A DNA stretch of 64,000 bases from Pristiophorus japonicus (Eukaryota): NCBI RefSeq assembly GCF_044704955.1, contig NW_027251257.1, positions 1,054,001-1,118,000 on the forward strand. Direction: 5' to 3'. Below the pieces are notes generated by a model. It saw only the letters and a list, made by a program, of their open reading frames with translations, was not told where the DNA came from and did not search any database. This document shows positions 23,540 through 37,035 of this stretch, in pieces (positions within the stretch are counted from its first letter, which is position 1; every line of letters begins with the position of its first letter). The translations under genes were made by a program, and so were the position numbers.

Positions 23540-26500
23540 GCAACTCGTTGATGTAAATAGAATTAATGAGCGCCCAAAAGTAGCTAGCAGGTGGCGTTTT
23601 CAAACTAAATACTGTCCGCTGCTCTCAAAATACGGGACGCTTATGCGGTGGGGAATGACTTTGCATGTAGCTTCTGTTCCTGGCACAAAACTGCTGTTAG
23701 GCTCGAAGTGATGGATCCTTCTTCCAAGTAAAAAGTTTCATTGGGGTTTGGCGAGATAAGGGCAGAAGCTTGTATTGTTGCTTGCTACAAAGCGTTCACA
23801 GATTATGTTTGGCTATCGCCGCTACACACAGTTCATTCATGGGCTTGGACAATTCTGAAAATTTATCAAATAGCCTTTCAACCCCGTAATGGATCGTAAC
23901 GCTGTCTGTTATAACGGTAGTGGGAGTCCCTGAACGATTTCGACTTCAACCTGATCAGAGCTATGTCCCGTGGTGGAGATTTTAGATCCAAAACGGTGAC
24001 TTCGTTCTGCACTGAGTGAGCATTTTTCGCATTCACCAGTCTTGCTTTCTTTAACAGAGCTAATAGTTAATTTAAAAGCAACAAATGCTCCTCGGCATTT
24101 TCTGTAGCAAGGGAAAGTTTGGCGACATACTGCAGGAGAGCTGATGGCTTAGCAAATGCTCTGACGGGTTGTGCGGATGGAATATTGAGGCGAGTTATGG
24201 AATCCCTGTTGAAGACACGGAAATGTGTACCCCTATCTCTCAGCTGTAAATGGAAATTGATACTGGTCCTCTTTAGCAAATGGAATACTCCAAAATCTTT
24301 CGCTATATCAAGAGTCGTGAAAGCGGTAGCGTTCAGAGGGTCCGAAGCCAACAGGGAAGGGGCCGGACTAAAGGTCGGGCTTTGAATTGTGGTGGCTTTA
24401 TTCAATGCTCAATAATCAATAGTGAGTCTCCAGCACACATCTGGCATCCCAACAGGTCGTGCCATGAAGTTCGTGGTGTAACACCCTTTACATCACACAC
24501 CCTTTTCTTCCCATGGGGCAATGACTATTCGCAAACACGGAATACTTTCCCTCTGAAAAGTGGACTGCTCATAGTCGCGATTTGGTGGGCCATTCATTTG
24601 TACTTCAAAGGCCATTCTCCCACAATCCCACTTAGCAAAAGCTGATGCATAATTAGCAACTACAGTGTTAACAGCAGGCACTGAACGTGTTCGCATGGCA
24701 ACAGTCTTCGGCTTTTCAACAGCAAACACTGAGCGAACATCTACAATGTGCCCGATAGCCCCTGGTCCTGAATCAACTCATAAACAGCTTTGCTTATAAT
24801 CTTTAAGAGCTGCCACTGTACGGAGGGTATCGATCCTCAAAATTCCCACCACATTGGTCATATTAATATAAACGGTTTCGGCAATTTGCACTGGAATGGC
24901 GCTCAAGGCGCTAATAGTGCTGTTCGCTGGATGAGCTGGAACTTGAGTGCCAAGATCACCATTGATATTAAAATAACCCTTGTACCATGTCAGCTGGCAT
25001 TCGGGGTGTGGTGTATGTAAGACCATAACGGACGACACTCTATCCATAGGAAGAGTTTGCTGACGGCTCCCAGGCATCAAAGCAGAGACAGACTATCTTC
25101 CGTGACTGTCCCGTCTGGATCCCACATCAGAACTAGACGTTGGGACATTCCGGGTCACTGGCTACTTCCGGTCCCCTTTGGATGGGGTGGAGGCGGGCCC
25201 GTAGGTTGATCTATTGGGCGTCCTGATGTCTGAATCGTTACCAGAGCCTTCTCAATTGTAGAACGTCTGTCCAGATTACTGTCAGTGCCTGCTGCTAAAT
25301 GTTCCAGATTAGAAGGCAACACGTCTATCTTAGTATCCACCAGACTGCGTGGACGTGATTTATAAGGGTGTGGATTTGAGCGTTGGTGGCATGTCGGTCT
25401 TCCTGTCCCAAACTCCAGTCACCTAGCACAACGGTAGTTCTAGGCATAATGTCCTGGCTTGCGACCATTACAGCATGCCCCTGATTTTTTAAGGGATGGC
25501 GCAGATGGAATGACTCAAGTATCTTCAAGCACATGGACGGGGTTTCCTCACTGGGGTCCCTGGGTCCGAAGCTTTGCATAGTTCGATGCGGCTTTCGCAT
25601 CTCACAAAAGATCTGTCCAGTGTGTGTTGTGATTAAATGGATGACATGAGGGGCTCGTCGGGAAGATTTAAATTTTAGGGCGATATCATTTTAACAGCAA
25701 CCTCGTTTGTACAAGGCAAATAGTTATTATAGGGATTTCTCGCATCATCTCATATATAGTGTATAGTCGGTTTGCAAATACGGTGGGTCTTTCATGGGGA
25801 CCCTGTTTAGTCTGGTGCATTTTTTCGCGAGATCGATGTTACCTATTCCTAACGTGGCTTGCAAGGATTAATAAACTCACTCGGGTTAGAAACTTTGGTA
25901 AAAACAGTAAAAGACAGATCATTTCTCAGTTCCGGAGCAAGACAGTACAAAATACAATTCTGCATGTGCGACAATTTCGAAATGCCTGTACACACTGTCT
26001 TACATCTATGGTGCATGTTTGTGGCTCAACCGCTCCTGCTTGTTGGACACGTGTCTGTAACTCGGAGTAGTCTAAGAATTGGTATTGTTCGTATGTACCA
26101 ACCCACGGGACTCCCTATTGAGCTGCTCGGGTTTTGCCGGAGCTCCATCTCCTAATTGTGCGGCTGGTGCAGCAGGCGTCATGTGAAGAGTCTCCACGGT
26201 CACAATTAGTTGAAAACTGTTTGTTCCATACATGATGATTCAAGCTTGGTCAATATTGTGCAACGCTAAGCCAGCCTGAGCTATGTTCACACTCTGCTGT
26301 TGTATAACCGTAGTAGCGGAGGCAACTTGACTCTGCACAATGTCAATCTGATTTTGTTGTTCAATCATTGTATGCTCCTGATCGAGGACGACAGCACGAT
26401 CTCTGTCCATGCGTGACGTCGCTGCATATGCAAACAAACCCATTATTTTATCTGGCTGTCATTGCTTTGATATAACCTTCCTTCTATTAAATGCCAAAGC

Positions 26501-26700
26501 AACCTCCAAAGGTACATTTGGGTAATTAGTTATACACGGCAATAGTGGTGCAACTCACCGTATCATCACACTTTTTACTTATATTCGCTTTCTATATCAT
26601 CCAATGATCCCCTGTCGGTATATTGGTGTAGTTAAGATGCACTATCAGACAGTTAATTTTAACGCTCCCTCTCACGAAACTTAACCCACAAGGGTTGACC
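23540..26700 (-). mobile_element. Heavily decayed gag-pol LTR retroelement/ERV (gag, PR, RT, RH-like tether)
   Basis: Read across frameshifts: coiled-coil gag N-terminus (26443-26240), decayed knuckle C..GRKPGHYA*N, AFAKWDCG, TTLDIAKDFWSIP, QGFHNSP, LLQYV, FSELSKPMNEL, A*ASRIL...RHLLATF. Confidence 0.8.
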
Positions 26701-27049
26701 GTTTGTCCCAATGGTAACCCATGCCCCTGCTGCCGTTTGCACAATAAAACTGGTCTCAGTTCTGGTCAAAGTAATATATGGGGAGCCATGTGTAAGATGT
26801 GAAACTTGTGGACGTGACAACAACAAACCACGCTGGGTACAGGTATAATGTAAATAAGCACAACAGGTTTTATAAATTGTTTACATCCAGTAGAAAGACA
26901 CAAGGCGATAGTGGACAATCTGTTCCTCGAAAGCCCGGTGGTGCCGACCAAGTGACTGCAGCGTTGTTTCTTGCTGTGTTCTTTTGATGGAGGATCTCTG
27001 TCACTCTTCAAATGTGAGCGCGCTACATTCAGGGATTGTACCCTTTATT

Positions 27050-27105
27050 ACACACACATACATACACACACACTCTCATACACACACACACACACACACA
27101 CACAC
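27050..27105. repeat. (CA)n microsatellite
   Basis: Visible directly. Confidence 0.95.
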
Positions 27106-27475
27106 GTGACAGCTTGAAGCAGGGATTCTGATGAGATTTCAATATTCTTGCCATTATTTCTAGCCTTCGATCTTCAACATTTTATCTGGTATTTTAGCAG
27201 ACGGAGTATTATTCCAGAACAATCTTTACATAAACAACCTCGCCTCATTATATTTGGGCTGAAGGTTAGCGATAAGTAATTTGTGTTGCTGACATTTTAT
27301 TTTATGACTAATTCTTGTTCCAGCCTTGATTATCCTGGCACTGACACAAAAGAGCTGCTTCAGCATTTACAATGGTTTGCATAATATTGCTATATTTACC
27401 ATCATGCTTCACTTTTCAGCAATTGCCAAGATTAACTAAGCTTACACGCATTTTAGTTAATTTTATCATGTAATA

Positions 27476-27559
27476 GATAAACAAAAGCATTATGAAAACA
27501 CGATCACAACATGCAGGGATAAACAAAAGCATTATGAAAACACGATCACAACATGCAGG
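27476..27559. repeat. Perfect 42-bp tandem duplication
   Basis: gataaacaaaagcattatgaaaacacgatcacaacatgcagg x2. Confidence 0.95.
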
Positions 27560-27589
27560 TAACCTTTATATTAAACCCGAGCAGCATGA

Positions 27590-28975
27590 GTAGAAATGAA
27601 GGCAGGTGACCGAATGCTTGGCCAAAAAAATTAGGTTTAAAGAAGCGTCTTTAAGGAGGAAAGAGAGGTAGAGAGACGGAGTAGTTTAGGCAGGGAGTCT
27701 CAGAGGTTGGGGTATAAGGCAACAGGAGGAATGGTCAACAATTCTTCAGCAATTAGATACCGAGAGCCTCAAAAAGGCAGAATTAGAGGAACAATAACAC
27801 ACGGCTGGAGGAGATAACAGAGATATGGAGGGTAGAGGCCAAGGAGTGAATTCAAAATAAGGATAAGCATTTGAAATCGAGGCATTGCTTAACCGAAAGC
27901 CAATATAGGTCAGCAAGCACAGGGGTGATGGAAGAGTTAGCACACGGGCAGCCGAGTTTTGGATCAGCTCTAGTTAACATAGGGTAGAATGTTGGAGGAC
28001 AACCAGGAATAGTTGGAATAGTTAAATCTAGAGTTAACAAAAGCATAGATAAAGGCTTCAGCGGTGGAAGAGCTGAGGCGTAGGCTGACACTGCTGATGT
28101 CATGGAGTTGGAAATAGCCAGTCTTAGTTATGCTGTGGATATGTGGTCAAAATCTAATTTCAGGTAAAATATAACACCAAGGTTGCGAACAGTTTCGATC
28201 AGCCTCAGACAGAAATTGGGTCGGGGGATGGGGTCGGTTACGAGGGAACGGAGTTTGTGGTGGGGACCGAAAACAATGACTTCTGTCTTCCCAATATTCA
28301 ATTGGAGAACATTTCTGCTCATCCACAACTGGATATCGGGAAAGCAGTCTGAAAATGTTTCGACCGTGGAGGTGTCAAGTGAAGTGGTATTGAGGTAGAG
28401 CAAGTTATAATCAACTAACATGTGAAAAATGACGCTCTGTTTTTGGATGAAGTCGACAAGGGGAAACATGTCGATGAAGCATAGGTGGGGACCAAGGATT
28501 GATTTTGGCGATACCAAATGTAATGATTCGGGAGCTGGAAGGTGAGTCTCTTGATAAGGCACGACAGCTAACAATGGAACCAGACATGTGCAGTCCCACG
28601 CAGTTGGACGAGATTGGAAAGGCGTTGGAGCATGGTAACGTGGCCAACCGTCTCAAAGGCTGCAAAAAAGTAAAGCCGGAGAGGGCGGGACAGTATACCT
28701 TTGCCACAGATAAATGGGATGCCATTTGTAGCTTTGATGAGAACCCTTTCGGTACTGTGGCAGGTGCGGAATCCGAATTGAAGGCATTCAGACATTTGAA
28801 CTCGGGAGAGATTGGCACAGATTTGGGACGCGAAAACATGTTCAAGGGTTTGGGAAGCAAATGGATGTTGGAGATGGGTTCGTGCTTTTCAAGGGCGGAT
28901 GGGTCGGTTAGTTTTTGAAGAAATGGCTGATGAAAGCAGATTTGAACGAGGAGCGACATCCCTTAACAATGGAAA
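27590..28975 (-). mobile_element. L2-type LINE RT fragment
   Basis: LQFGFRTCHSTE, SILGP, WMSRNVLQLNIGKTEVIVFG, VRNLGVIF, ITPVLADLYWL. Confidence 0.88.
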
Positions 28976-28979
28976 CTAA

Positions 28980-29370
28980 TAAGAACCCTAGTCGTAGAGT
29001 CTCCAGACAATCCCTCAGCATCTATCCTGTCAATCCCATTCAGAATCGTGTATACTTCAACGAGATTTCCTTTTCTTCTTCGATACTTTAGAGTGTATAG
29101 GGCCAATCTGCTCAATGTCCTCTCATAGGAGAACACACTCATCCAAGGAATCAATCTTGTGAACCTTCGGTGCATCGCCTCTATGGCAAATATATTCTTC
29201 CTTAGATGACAAGAACAAAATTTTGCACAGTACTACAAGTGTGATCTCACCGAGGCCCTGAGCAATTTCAGCAAGACTTATTTACTTTAACGATCGAGAA
29301 ATAAAAGTCAACATTCCATTTGCCTTCCAAATTGCTTGCTGCAGCTGCATGTTCACTAAGACACCTTAAG
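28980..29370 (-). mobile_element. CR1 fragment
   Basis: RRFTRLIP...LSRLALYTL.YRR..GNL.EVY.IL. Confidence 0.8.
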
Positions 29371-29742
29371 AACCCGAAAGCTTTGCTCCTGCATCGATTC
29401 TGCAGCTATGCATTCGCCTGAAAATCTTCGACCTACATTGTTAACTCTGTTGTCATCCAAACTGGTTTGAACATAGTATTGTTTGCGTTCTGCCGTTAAT
29501 TGTTCTGATGAATATGTTACTTCCAGCTGTCTCATGTTCCTTCCTGACACTTTTCCCTATACTGAATAAGAAATTAGATGTTTGACTTTGATCAGACCGG
29601 CAACTTGTCTGTTGTTTGTGAGCTTAAGATTTATATTTATGGAATCATTTCGATGCACAGCGTAAACTTTATCTCATGCTTTAATTTGCCGATCTACATT
29701 CACTGGAAATTCGCAGCTGTCTCCGCAGTACAATGATAGTTT

Positions 29743-32700
29743 GAGAATCATAGAAAGGATATTAATTTACAGTACGGAAGGAGGATATTTCGACCCATCG
29801 TTCCCGCTCTGGCCAGCAAAGAGCTATCCAGCTGAATGCAACTGTCCTGCTCTTGGGCCATCGCACTGCAGGTTATGGTACTTCAACAACACATCCAAGT
29901 ATTGTTCCAATGTGATGAGGCTTGATACTTCTACCACACTTTCATAACTGATTTACAGACCCACCCACCCCCCACACCCCCACCACACATCCGCACACCA
30001 CACTCTTGCTGAAGATGTTTCACATGCAAATCCCCTTTAAACATCCAAGCAATAATGTTGAATCTACGCCCACTAGTTCTTGGCCTCTCTGCTAATAGAA
30101 ATAAGACCTTTCTATTCAATATATCTAGGACCCTCATAATCTTAAGACGTTCAATGAGGTCCTTCTTCATTATCCTCTGTTCCAACGAAAAGAAACATAG
30201 AAACATAGAAACATAGAAAATAAGTGCAGGGGTAGGCCATTCAGCCCTTCGACACTGCACCGCCATTCAATAACATCATGGCTGATCATTCCCTCAGTAC
30301 CCCTTTCCAGCTTTCTCTCCATATCCCTTGATCCCCTGAGCTGTAAAAGCCATATCTAACTCCCTCTTGAATATATCCAATGAACTGGCATCAACAACTC
30401 TCGGCGGCCGGGAATTCCATAGGTTGACAACTCTCTGAGTGATGACGTTTCTCCTCATCTCAGTCCTAAATCGTCTACGCCTTGTCCTAAGACAATCTAC
30501 CCTGGTTCTGGACTTCGCCAACATCGGGAACATTCTTCCCACATCTAACATGTCCAGTTCTGTCAGAATCTTACACGTTTCGATGAGATCCCTTTTCATC
30601 CTTCTGAACTCCAGGGAATAAAAGCCCATTTGATCCAGTCTCTCCTCATATGATAGTCCAGCCATCCCTGGAATCTGTCTGGTGAACCTTCGCTGCACTC
30701 CCTTAATAGCAAGAACGTCCTTCCTCAGATTAGGAGAACAAAATTGAACACAATATTCCAGGCGAGGCCTCACTAAGGCCCTTTACCACTGCAGTAAGAC
30801 ATCCCTGCTCCTTTACTCAAATCCCCGAGCAATGAAGGCCAAAATACCATTTGTCATTTTCACTGCCTGCTGTACCTGAATGCCCACTTTCAGTGACTGA
30901 TGAACAATGACACCCAGGTCTCGTTGCACATCCCCTTTTCCGAATCTTCCATCATTCAGATAATATTCTGCCTTCGTGGTTTGTCTCCCCAAAATTTATA
31001 ACCTCACATTTAGCCACATTATGCTGCAACTGTCATGCATTTGCCCACTCACCTAACCGGCCCAATTCACCCTGCATCCGATTACTGTCGTCCTCACAGC
31101 TCACACCGCCACCCAGTGTAGGGTCATTCGCAAACTTGAAGATATTGAAATAAATTCCTTCATCTAAATCGTGAATGCATATTGTAAAGAGGTGCGGTCC
31201 CAGCAATGAGCTCTGAGGCACTCCAGTAGTCACTGCCTGCCATTCTGGAAAGGACCCGTTTATCCCAACTCTCTGCTTCCTGTCTGCCAACCAGTTCTCA
31301 ATCCACATCAGTACATTACCCCCATTACCATGCGCTCTGATTTTGTGCGGGAACTTGTCAAAAGGCTTTTGAAAGTCCAAATGCATCACATCCAATGGTT
31401 CTCCCTTCTGCACTTTGCTGGTTACATCCTCAAAAAATTCCACAATATTCGTCAGCATAATTTCGCTTTCATAAATCCATGCCGACTTGGTCCGATCCTG
31501 TCACTGCTTTCCAAATGCGCTGCTATTTCATTTTTAACGATTGATTCGTACATTTTACCCATTACTGATGTCAGGCTATTCGACCTATAATTACCCGTTT
31601 TCGCTCTCCAATTACCAATTTAAAAAATTGGTGTTACATTCGTTACACTCCAGTCCTTAGGAACTGATCCAGAGTCGATAGACTGAGGAAAATGATCACC
31701 AATGCATCCACTATGTCTAGGGCCATTTCCTTAACTACTCTGGGGTGCAGACGATCAGATGCCGGCGATTTATCGGCCTTCTATCCCACCAATTTCCCTA
31801 ACACAATTTCCAGTCTAATAAGGATATCCTTCAGTCCCTCCTTCTCACTAGACCCACTGTCCCCTCGTACATTCGAAAGGTTATTTGTGTCTTCCTTTGT
31901 GAAGGCAGAACCGAAGTATTTGTTAAATTGTTCTGCCTTTTCTTTGTTCCCCATTATAAATTCACTTGAATCCGACTACAACAGACCGACGTTTGTCTTC
32001 CTTAATCTTTTTCTCTTCACATATTTATGGAAGCTTTTGCAGTCAGTTTTTATGTTCCCTGCAAGCTTCCTCTGGTACCCTATTTTCCCCCTCTTATTTA
32101 AACCCTTTGTCCTCCTCTGTTGAATTCAACATTTCTCCCAGTCCTCAGATTTGTTGCTTTTTCTAGCCAATGTATGTGCCTCTTCCTTGGCTTTAACACA
32201 ATCGTTAATGTTTCTTGTTAGCCATGGTTGAGCCACCTTCCCCGTTTTATCTTTACTCCAGTCAGGGTTGTACAATTGCTGAAGTTCCTCGATGTGTTCT
32301 TTAAATGTTTGCCATTGCTTATCCACCGTCAACCCTTTAAGTATCATTTGCCAGTCTATTCTAGCCAATTCATGCCTCATACCGTCGAAGTGCCCTGTCC
32401 TTAAGTTCAGGACCCTAGTTTCCGAATTAACTGTGTCACTCTTCATCTTAATACAGAATTCTACCATATTATGGTCACTCTTCCCCAAGGGGCCTCGTAC
32501 AACAAGATTGCTAATTTGTCCCTTCTCATTATACATCACCCATTCTATGATGGCCAGCTCTCTACTTCGTTCCTCGACATATTGGTCCAGAAATCCGTTC
32601 CTAATACACGCTAGGAAATCCTCCTTCACCACATTGCTACCAGTTTGGTGAGCCCAATCAATATTTAGATTAAAATCACCCATGATAACATGCTGTACTT

Positions 32701-34680
32701 TTATTGCACACATCCCTTATTTCTTGTTTAATGCTGTCCCCAACCTCACTACTACTGTTTGGTGGTCTGTACACAACTCCCACTAACGTTTTATGCCTTT
32801 TGGAATTCCGCAGCTCCATCCATACCGATTCCACATCATCCATGCTAATGTATCTCCTACTACTGCATTAATTTCCTCTTTAACCATCAACGCCACCCCA
32901 CATCCTTTCCCTCTCTTCATATCCTTCCTAATGTTGAATGCCCCTGGATGTTGAGTTCCCAGCCTTGGTCATCATGGACCCATGTCTCCGTGATGCCAAT
33001 TACATCATGTCCGTTAAATGCTATCTGCGCAGTTAGTTCGTCCAACTTATTCTGAATACTCCTCGCATTGTGGCACAATCTTGTCATTTTAACACAATTT
33101 GCCCCTTTAGAATTTTTGTGAAATGTGGCCCTTTTTGTTTTTTGCCTTGGGTTTCTCTTCCCTCCACTTTACTATTCTCCTCGCTGTCTTTTGCTTCTGC
33201 CTCCATTTTATTTCCCTCTGTCTCACTGCATAGGTTCCCATCCCCCAGCCATGTTAGTTTAACTGCTCCCCAACAGCACTAGCAAACACTGCCCCTAGGA
33301 CATTGGTTCGGGTACTTCCCAGGTGCAGACAACCAATTCAAAATGTTTTCATAGCTAAATGCTCCAGTCCAAGAAACATCCTCGTTAATCTCCTCTGTTC
33401 GCTTTCGAGTGTAATCACATCTTTCCAGTACTGTCGTGACCAGAACTGCACGCAGTACGCTAGCTGTGGCCGACATAATGTTTTATACATTTCAAGCTTA
33501 ACCACCCTGCTCATGTCTTCTATGCCTCAGCTAATAAAGTCATATTTTCCGTACACATTCGTAACCACATTATCTACCTGGCCTGCTTCGGGATCCGTGG
33601 GTATGCACTCTAAAGTCCGTTTGTTGCTGTATACTTCTCAGTGTCCTGCACTTTAATGTGTATTCCCTAGCGATGTGAGCCCTTACCAAATCCATTTCTC
33701 AACACTTCTCTGGTTTGAAGTTAATTTGCGACTGTTCTGCCGTGCAGACCAGTTCATTTATAATATCCTGCAATCGACAGATTTCTTCTTCATTATCAAC
33801 CGGACGGCCGACTTTAGCATCATCTGCACACATCTGAAGCATACCCCCTACATTCAAGTCTAAATCAATGATATATGCCATAAAACTCAAGGGACCTATT
33901 AGTGAGCCCTGCTAAACTCCACTGCAAAAAAGACTTACAATCACAAAACCATCATGAACCAATATACTTTGCTACCTGCCTAAACTTGCCACTTTGCCCT
34001 GGATTCTCTGGGCCTTTAATTTCGTAACCAATCTGTCATTTGTGATATTATCAGCAGCCTTGCTACACTGGATCAAACGCACTTCCCCCATCAACCCTCC
34101 TTGTTAACGGCTCAAATGAATCAATCAAATAATTCAGTCACAGCCTTCGCTTATCAAATCCATGCTTACTGACCTTGATTAATCCATCTGCCTTATAAAT
34201 TGATTGATCCTTTCCATCAGTATGTTCCCATCACCGACTTTGTATTGACTGGCCTGTAATTACTGGGTCTCTCCCCTTGTCCTCTTTTAAACAAAGGTAT
34301 TACATTTGCAGAATCCCAGTCCTCAGAAGTCACACCTGTAGCCAGAGAGGATTGGAAATTGATTGTGAGAGCACCTGCAAATTCCCTTTTGCTTCTCTTA
34401 ACAGCCTGGGATACACGTCATCCGGGCTTGATGATGCAGACACTTTCAAAACTGCTCCGCCAATTATTATTTCCACTTTTACTATTTTTATGTATAATAA
34501 TATGTCACACTCCTCCTGATTGCACTGCCTGCAACTCACTTCGTCTTTTGAGAAAACAGATGTAAATTATTCATTAAGTGCACTACTCGCTTCTTATGTC
34601 TCCACAAACAGATTACCTTTATGGTCTCGAATAGACCCTACTCTTGCTTTAGTTACCCTCTTCCTCTTATGTATTTAATC
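29743..34680 (-). mobile_element. Older CR1-family LINE in two pieces (29743-30190 and 33330-34680), interrupted by a younger CR1
   Basis: SLEQRIMKKDLIE at the left junction is continuous with ...FSYENILNWL at the right junction; CADDAKVG and SPDDVYPRLLREA upstream. Confidence 0.75.
30191..33328 (-). mobile_element. Long CR1 LINE (endonuclease + RT), disrupted
   Basis: (agaaacat)3 tail; same family as 6891-10204; MGDFN, SDHN, DFQKPFD, RPRLEYC. Confidence 0.95.
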
Positions 34681-37035
34681 CGCTTAATGTGGTAATGCAC
34701 TTATTTTCTATTTAAAAATGTAACCGTGATTTCATGTTTGGACGGTCTTCAGTTTGAAAGACATCATTTCATGTTTTAACAATTTAAATAAAAGGTATCT
34801 TGTGACAATCAGACCATTTCGGCAGCCTTACTGGTTCTCTTTTTCTTTTAACCATTCTCTCTCTTATTTTTCTCATTCGTTCCATTCCCTCACAATCCAG
34901 GCTTACATACCATCCTCTTCACCTCTCTCACCTCTGTTTCACCTCTATCTTTATGTTATTTACTATTACATTCTCAGCTTATTTCTTATGTGTCCTTCAC
35001 TTCCCTTGGTAGATTCTTCTTTATCCCGCTCTTTCTCTTTCAGTTCATTATCGCTCTAGAGAAAGATGAAGTAGAAGGGTTGAGGAAACAAGGTGTGAAA
35101 AGCAGCGAGCATGGAGTACAGGGAAAATGAGAAGAGGAAACGCTAAAAAAGGGAATGAAAACTGCGATAAAAGAGGGGACTTTTTAGATGGCCAGAAAGA
35201 ATACAAACATCGAAGAATACATAGAGGCAAAGCAAGCCTTGTAGAAGCAAGACAAGGAGGGAGGTGCAGGGATAGGAATTTAAAGAGAGATTACGAAGCA
35301 AGGACTCAGTGCGAAACAGCGAGCCAGGATAAAGATGCAAGAAGTGAAAATTAGAGAGAGAATCAATTCAATTTAAGAAATAACCAACCGAGTGGGAGGG
35401 AAATACAGTGAACAAATGCTAAAATAGAAAAAAATTATAAATAATGAATGATGCAATGAAGTACAAAAAAGGGAACACGAGAAATATTGATGCAATGTTA
35501 AACAAACAGTAGAGCTGCGCAACTAGAACGCGAAAGAAGCACAACGTTGGTAAGAAGATGAGATGAGAGAGGACTTTTCAATTAAAATAACCAATATCTG
35601 CAGGAACCTTTGATTACTGCAGAGGCACTTAGTGTCAGATGATAATGATGTATCCTATGCAAAACATCTTCATATTCTATTTTGAAATTCCAGAACTTCC
35701 TTCAACTGGGGACAGCAGCTGAACTTCTTTTTGTTTTTACCAAATTCTAATAAAGGGATTGGCAATTATTTGGGCTGGACTAGCACTTAACAATTTTGCT
35801 GAAATGTTGCGTTCCACCCACCAATAGTCCCGTTACGTCACGTGAATGCACGGTCATCCTCGAATTGCATGGTCCCGCACAGTCTGGTCCCCAGCTCCAG
35901 CCACTGGAGGAGATACTGTGCATGCGCGGCTGCATAGTGGCTAGTCACGCAGCAAATTTAAAGGGACCGCACTCTTAAACAAATCAGTGGGGCAATTGCA
36001 TAAATATAAGCATTGCATAAATATAAATGCTAATAGTAGTCAGATGTTATCTTACATACACATAATTTATTCAATATGCTTAGAAGCGAATCAAATTTAA
36101 AATTGGAAATGTACGGTATCTTCTGCTCTCTTTCAACCAGTGTTGTGAAATAGAACTTCACCCTCTTTCGACCCTGTTTCAGCTTTAATTCCCCACCTCA
36201 GTCATCCTTTTGCACCGCCCCCCCCTCGCCCCAACCCCGTAAAGATTACGACTGCCGTCCCATTTAGTGCCAGATGAAAACTACCGTGCCATCATACTTT
36301 GGATACCGGGAGAGGAAAGATGCGGTGCTGGTCACTTTCTTCGGTGAAAGAGTTGTCGAGATTAGCAGCCACGACTCCACTCTAACTTGGATAGGGCATA
36401 TTACAGGACACAGTGCATGCTGGATACGACGTCCGCCATTGCGTCCCAGAATCAAGGAATGGATCCTTTTCAGATAGGGCCCGGGAGAAGCGCTTTTGTG
36501 TATTATGAATTTGAGTGAATAATTTCTACATTTTCTCCTTAGCTGATGTTCCAGTCTGTCTGTGACCCATGAGAATTGGAAGGCGAAAGTGGAATTGTAT
36601 TCGACTCGAAACGTTAACACGACTTCGTCTCCAAAGATGCTCTCTGACCTGCTGAGATTTGCAGCATGTTCTCTTTTTATTATAGACGAACGTGCAGCGC
36701 GAACTTTGGCACGCATTCAATTTTTGTCCCATCCTGGGAGCAGGATAGAATTATTGTCGTGCCGGATCTGGCCACCTGGCTTTATTTTACCCACGACTAT
36801 TCTAATGGTACTGGAACAAATGTGGTGCATGTCAAGCTAAACAATGATAAACTCGAAAAAACGGCTGTCTTGCTCCTAGTGCATATCAAGATATCTAATG
36901 ATTAGCGGTACAATTCAAGGTAGAGAATTCCGGGGAAGAATATTGATGATTATATCGGAAGCACTTGGACCAACCTCTGTACTGAGCTGAAATGGTTATA
37001 TTATTAATTAATTTAACAATTCGTGTCACTGGATA

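Noticed and set aside
23584-23597. CTCF-like CTAGCAGGTGGCGT
   Set aside because: Lies within retroelement coding sequence (RHLLA codons on the minus strand); probably coincidental
36410-36450. Perfect heptamer CACAGTG
   Set aside because: No nonamer at 12 or 23 nt and no V/D/J coding flank
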